DNA of 64,000 nucleotides from a virus (Duplodnaviria; Heunggongvirae; Uroviricota; Caudoviricetes): IMG/VR virus record IMGVR_UViG_3300037067_008064, positions 224,001 to 288,000 of that record; one strand, 5' to 3'. Shown piece by piece: positions 62,914 to 64,000 of this stretch (position 1 is its first letter; each line of letters starts with the position of its first letter). The notes under the pieces were generated by a model. It saw only the letters and a program-made list of their open reading frames with translations, ran no database searches and was not told where the DNA came from. The position numbers and the translations under genes were made by a program.

Positions 62914-63580
62914 TTATGTTTATATAATAACAAATTTAATAAATAGTAAACAGTATGTTGGTGATCATATAGATTATTCAAAATTATTAAAAGATAATTA
63001 TTTTGGAAGTGGAAAATTAATTAGAAAAGCTATTAAAAAATATGGCAAACAAAATTTTAAAAAAGAAATTTTAGAACAATTTAGTACTAAGGAAGAAGCT
63101 TTTAATGCACAAGAAAAATATATACAACAATATAATACATTACAACCAAGTGGTTATAATATAAGTCCTAAAGGTGGTAATCAAGTTTATAATGGAATGT
63201 CAGAAGAAGGAAGAAAAAGATTGAGTGAATTTCATAAAGGAAAAAAAGTTTTAGAAGAAACTAAAAAAAGATTGAGTGAATCTTTAAAATTAGCATATAA
63301 AGAAAATAGAAAAAATAAAATTACATCTGAAATAACTAAAGAAAAACTAAGACAAATTAATTTAGGTAAAAAACTTTCTAATGAAACAAAATTAAAAATG
63401 AAAATATCTCAAACTGGTAAAAAGCTTTCTAATGAAACAAAATTAAAAATGAGTTTAGCAGCAATGGGAAATAAAAATGGATTAAATAATAAAAGTTGGT
63501 TAGGAAAAAAATTATCAGAAGAACATAAAGCAAAACTAAGAAAACCTAAAAGAAATAAAATCATAAAATTAACAAATTAA
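62900..63580 (+). CDS. GIY-YIG homing endonuclease with NUMOD3 repeats
   Basis: YVYIITNLINSKQYVG, YFGSG, GYNISP, GKKLSNETKLKM twice. Confidence 0.9.
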   Translation: MKSINYVYIITNLINSKQYVGDHIDYSKLLKDNYFGSGKLIRKAIKKYGKQNFKKEILEQFSTKEEAFNAQEKYIQQYNTLQPSGYNISPKGGNQVYNGMSEEGRKRLSEFHKGKKVLEETKKRLSESLKLAYKENRKNKITSEITKEKLRQINLGKKLSNETKLKMKISQTGKKLSNETKLKMSLAAMGNKNGLNNKSWLGKKLSEEHKAKLRKPKRNKIIKLTN

Positions 63581-63585
63581 CAAAA

Positions 63586-64000
63586 ATGGACCAAATAGCA
63601 AGTACAAAAACAACCCCAAAAATTTTAAAGCAGTTAACAAATCTTTTAACTGAATTTAATGGAAAACCAATTACTATAAATATACTTAATGAAGGTGTAA
63701 AAGTAATACAAGGTAAGAACCGCATATACCGTATGCAAGCATATCTTTTTAAAACTGAACAAGAAATAACTAAGTTTTTTTCTAAAATTAAAGAAACAGT
63801 TACTCATATTTATATTTTACCAAATTATGTGGTGAATAGTCTTTATTGGGGAGAACCTAATTGTTATAATATAATGGCATGTTTCTTTCCATTTTCAGAA
63901 GAGGCAGAAGCAAGAATACAAAACAGGGGTGGTATGGGAAGTGAACCTAATAAAATATATAAATACAATTATCTTAGTTTTATAGAAGGTGGTGCAAGTG
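63586..64000 (+). CDS. Hypothetical protein, runs off the right edge
   Basis: ATG 63586 gives MDQIASTKTTPKILKQ, open to the window end. Confidence 0.55.
   Translation, partial: MDQIASTKTTPKILKQLTNLLTEFNGKPITINILNEGVKVIQGKNRIYRMQAYLFKTEQEITKFFSKIKETVTHIYILPNYVVNSLYWGEPNCYNIMACFFPFSEEAEARIQNRGGMGSEPNKIYKYNYLSFIEGGAS

Noticed and set aside
1-64000. tRNA or rRNA genes
   Set aside because: No cloverleaf or rRNA-like segment seen by eye; tRNAscan-SE was not run

Overview
Very AT-rich (roughly 25% GC by eye), densely coding segment of a jumbo myophage with T4-like structural modules, standard genetic code 11. The lack of Shine-Dalgarno sites and the A-rich leaders suggest a Bacteroidota-type host (inference). 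Contents: a tail-fibre gene running off the left edge; neck (gp13-like), baseplate wedge (gp25/gp6/gp7/gp53-like), hub and gp5-like spike genes; a ribosomal protein S1 homologue; an orphan TnpB; nine GIY-YIG-type homing endonuclease genes; a DNA-modification cluster (dCMP-type thymidylate synthase homologue, dNMP kinase, two methyltransferase-fold genes); a GT2 glycosyltransferase; a SET-domain protein; a HAD-kinase fusion; and many small hypothetical genes. Most notable: (1) a tandem array of seven ~120-aa paralogues whose motifs line up with a minimal VIP2/C3/ModA-type ADP-ribosyltransferase fold; (2) strong D-x-S tripeptide enrichment in outer baseplate and fibre proteins, a candidate virion modification sequon; (3) polyproteins of small domains joined by ESLNE-type putative prohead-protease sites; (4) several fixed-spacing non-coding elements (two promoter classes, an endonuclease-linked operator, twin hairpins around a DUF1003 gene). 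All family assignments come from manual motif reading; no searches were run.
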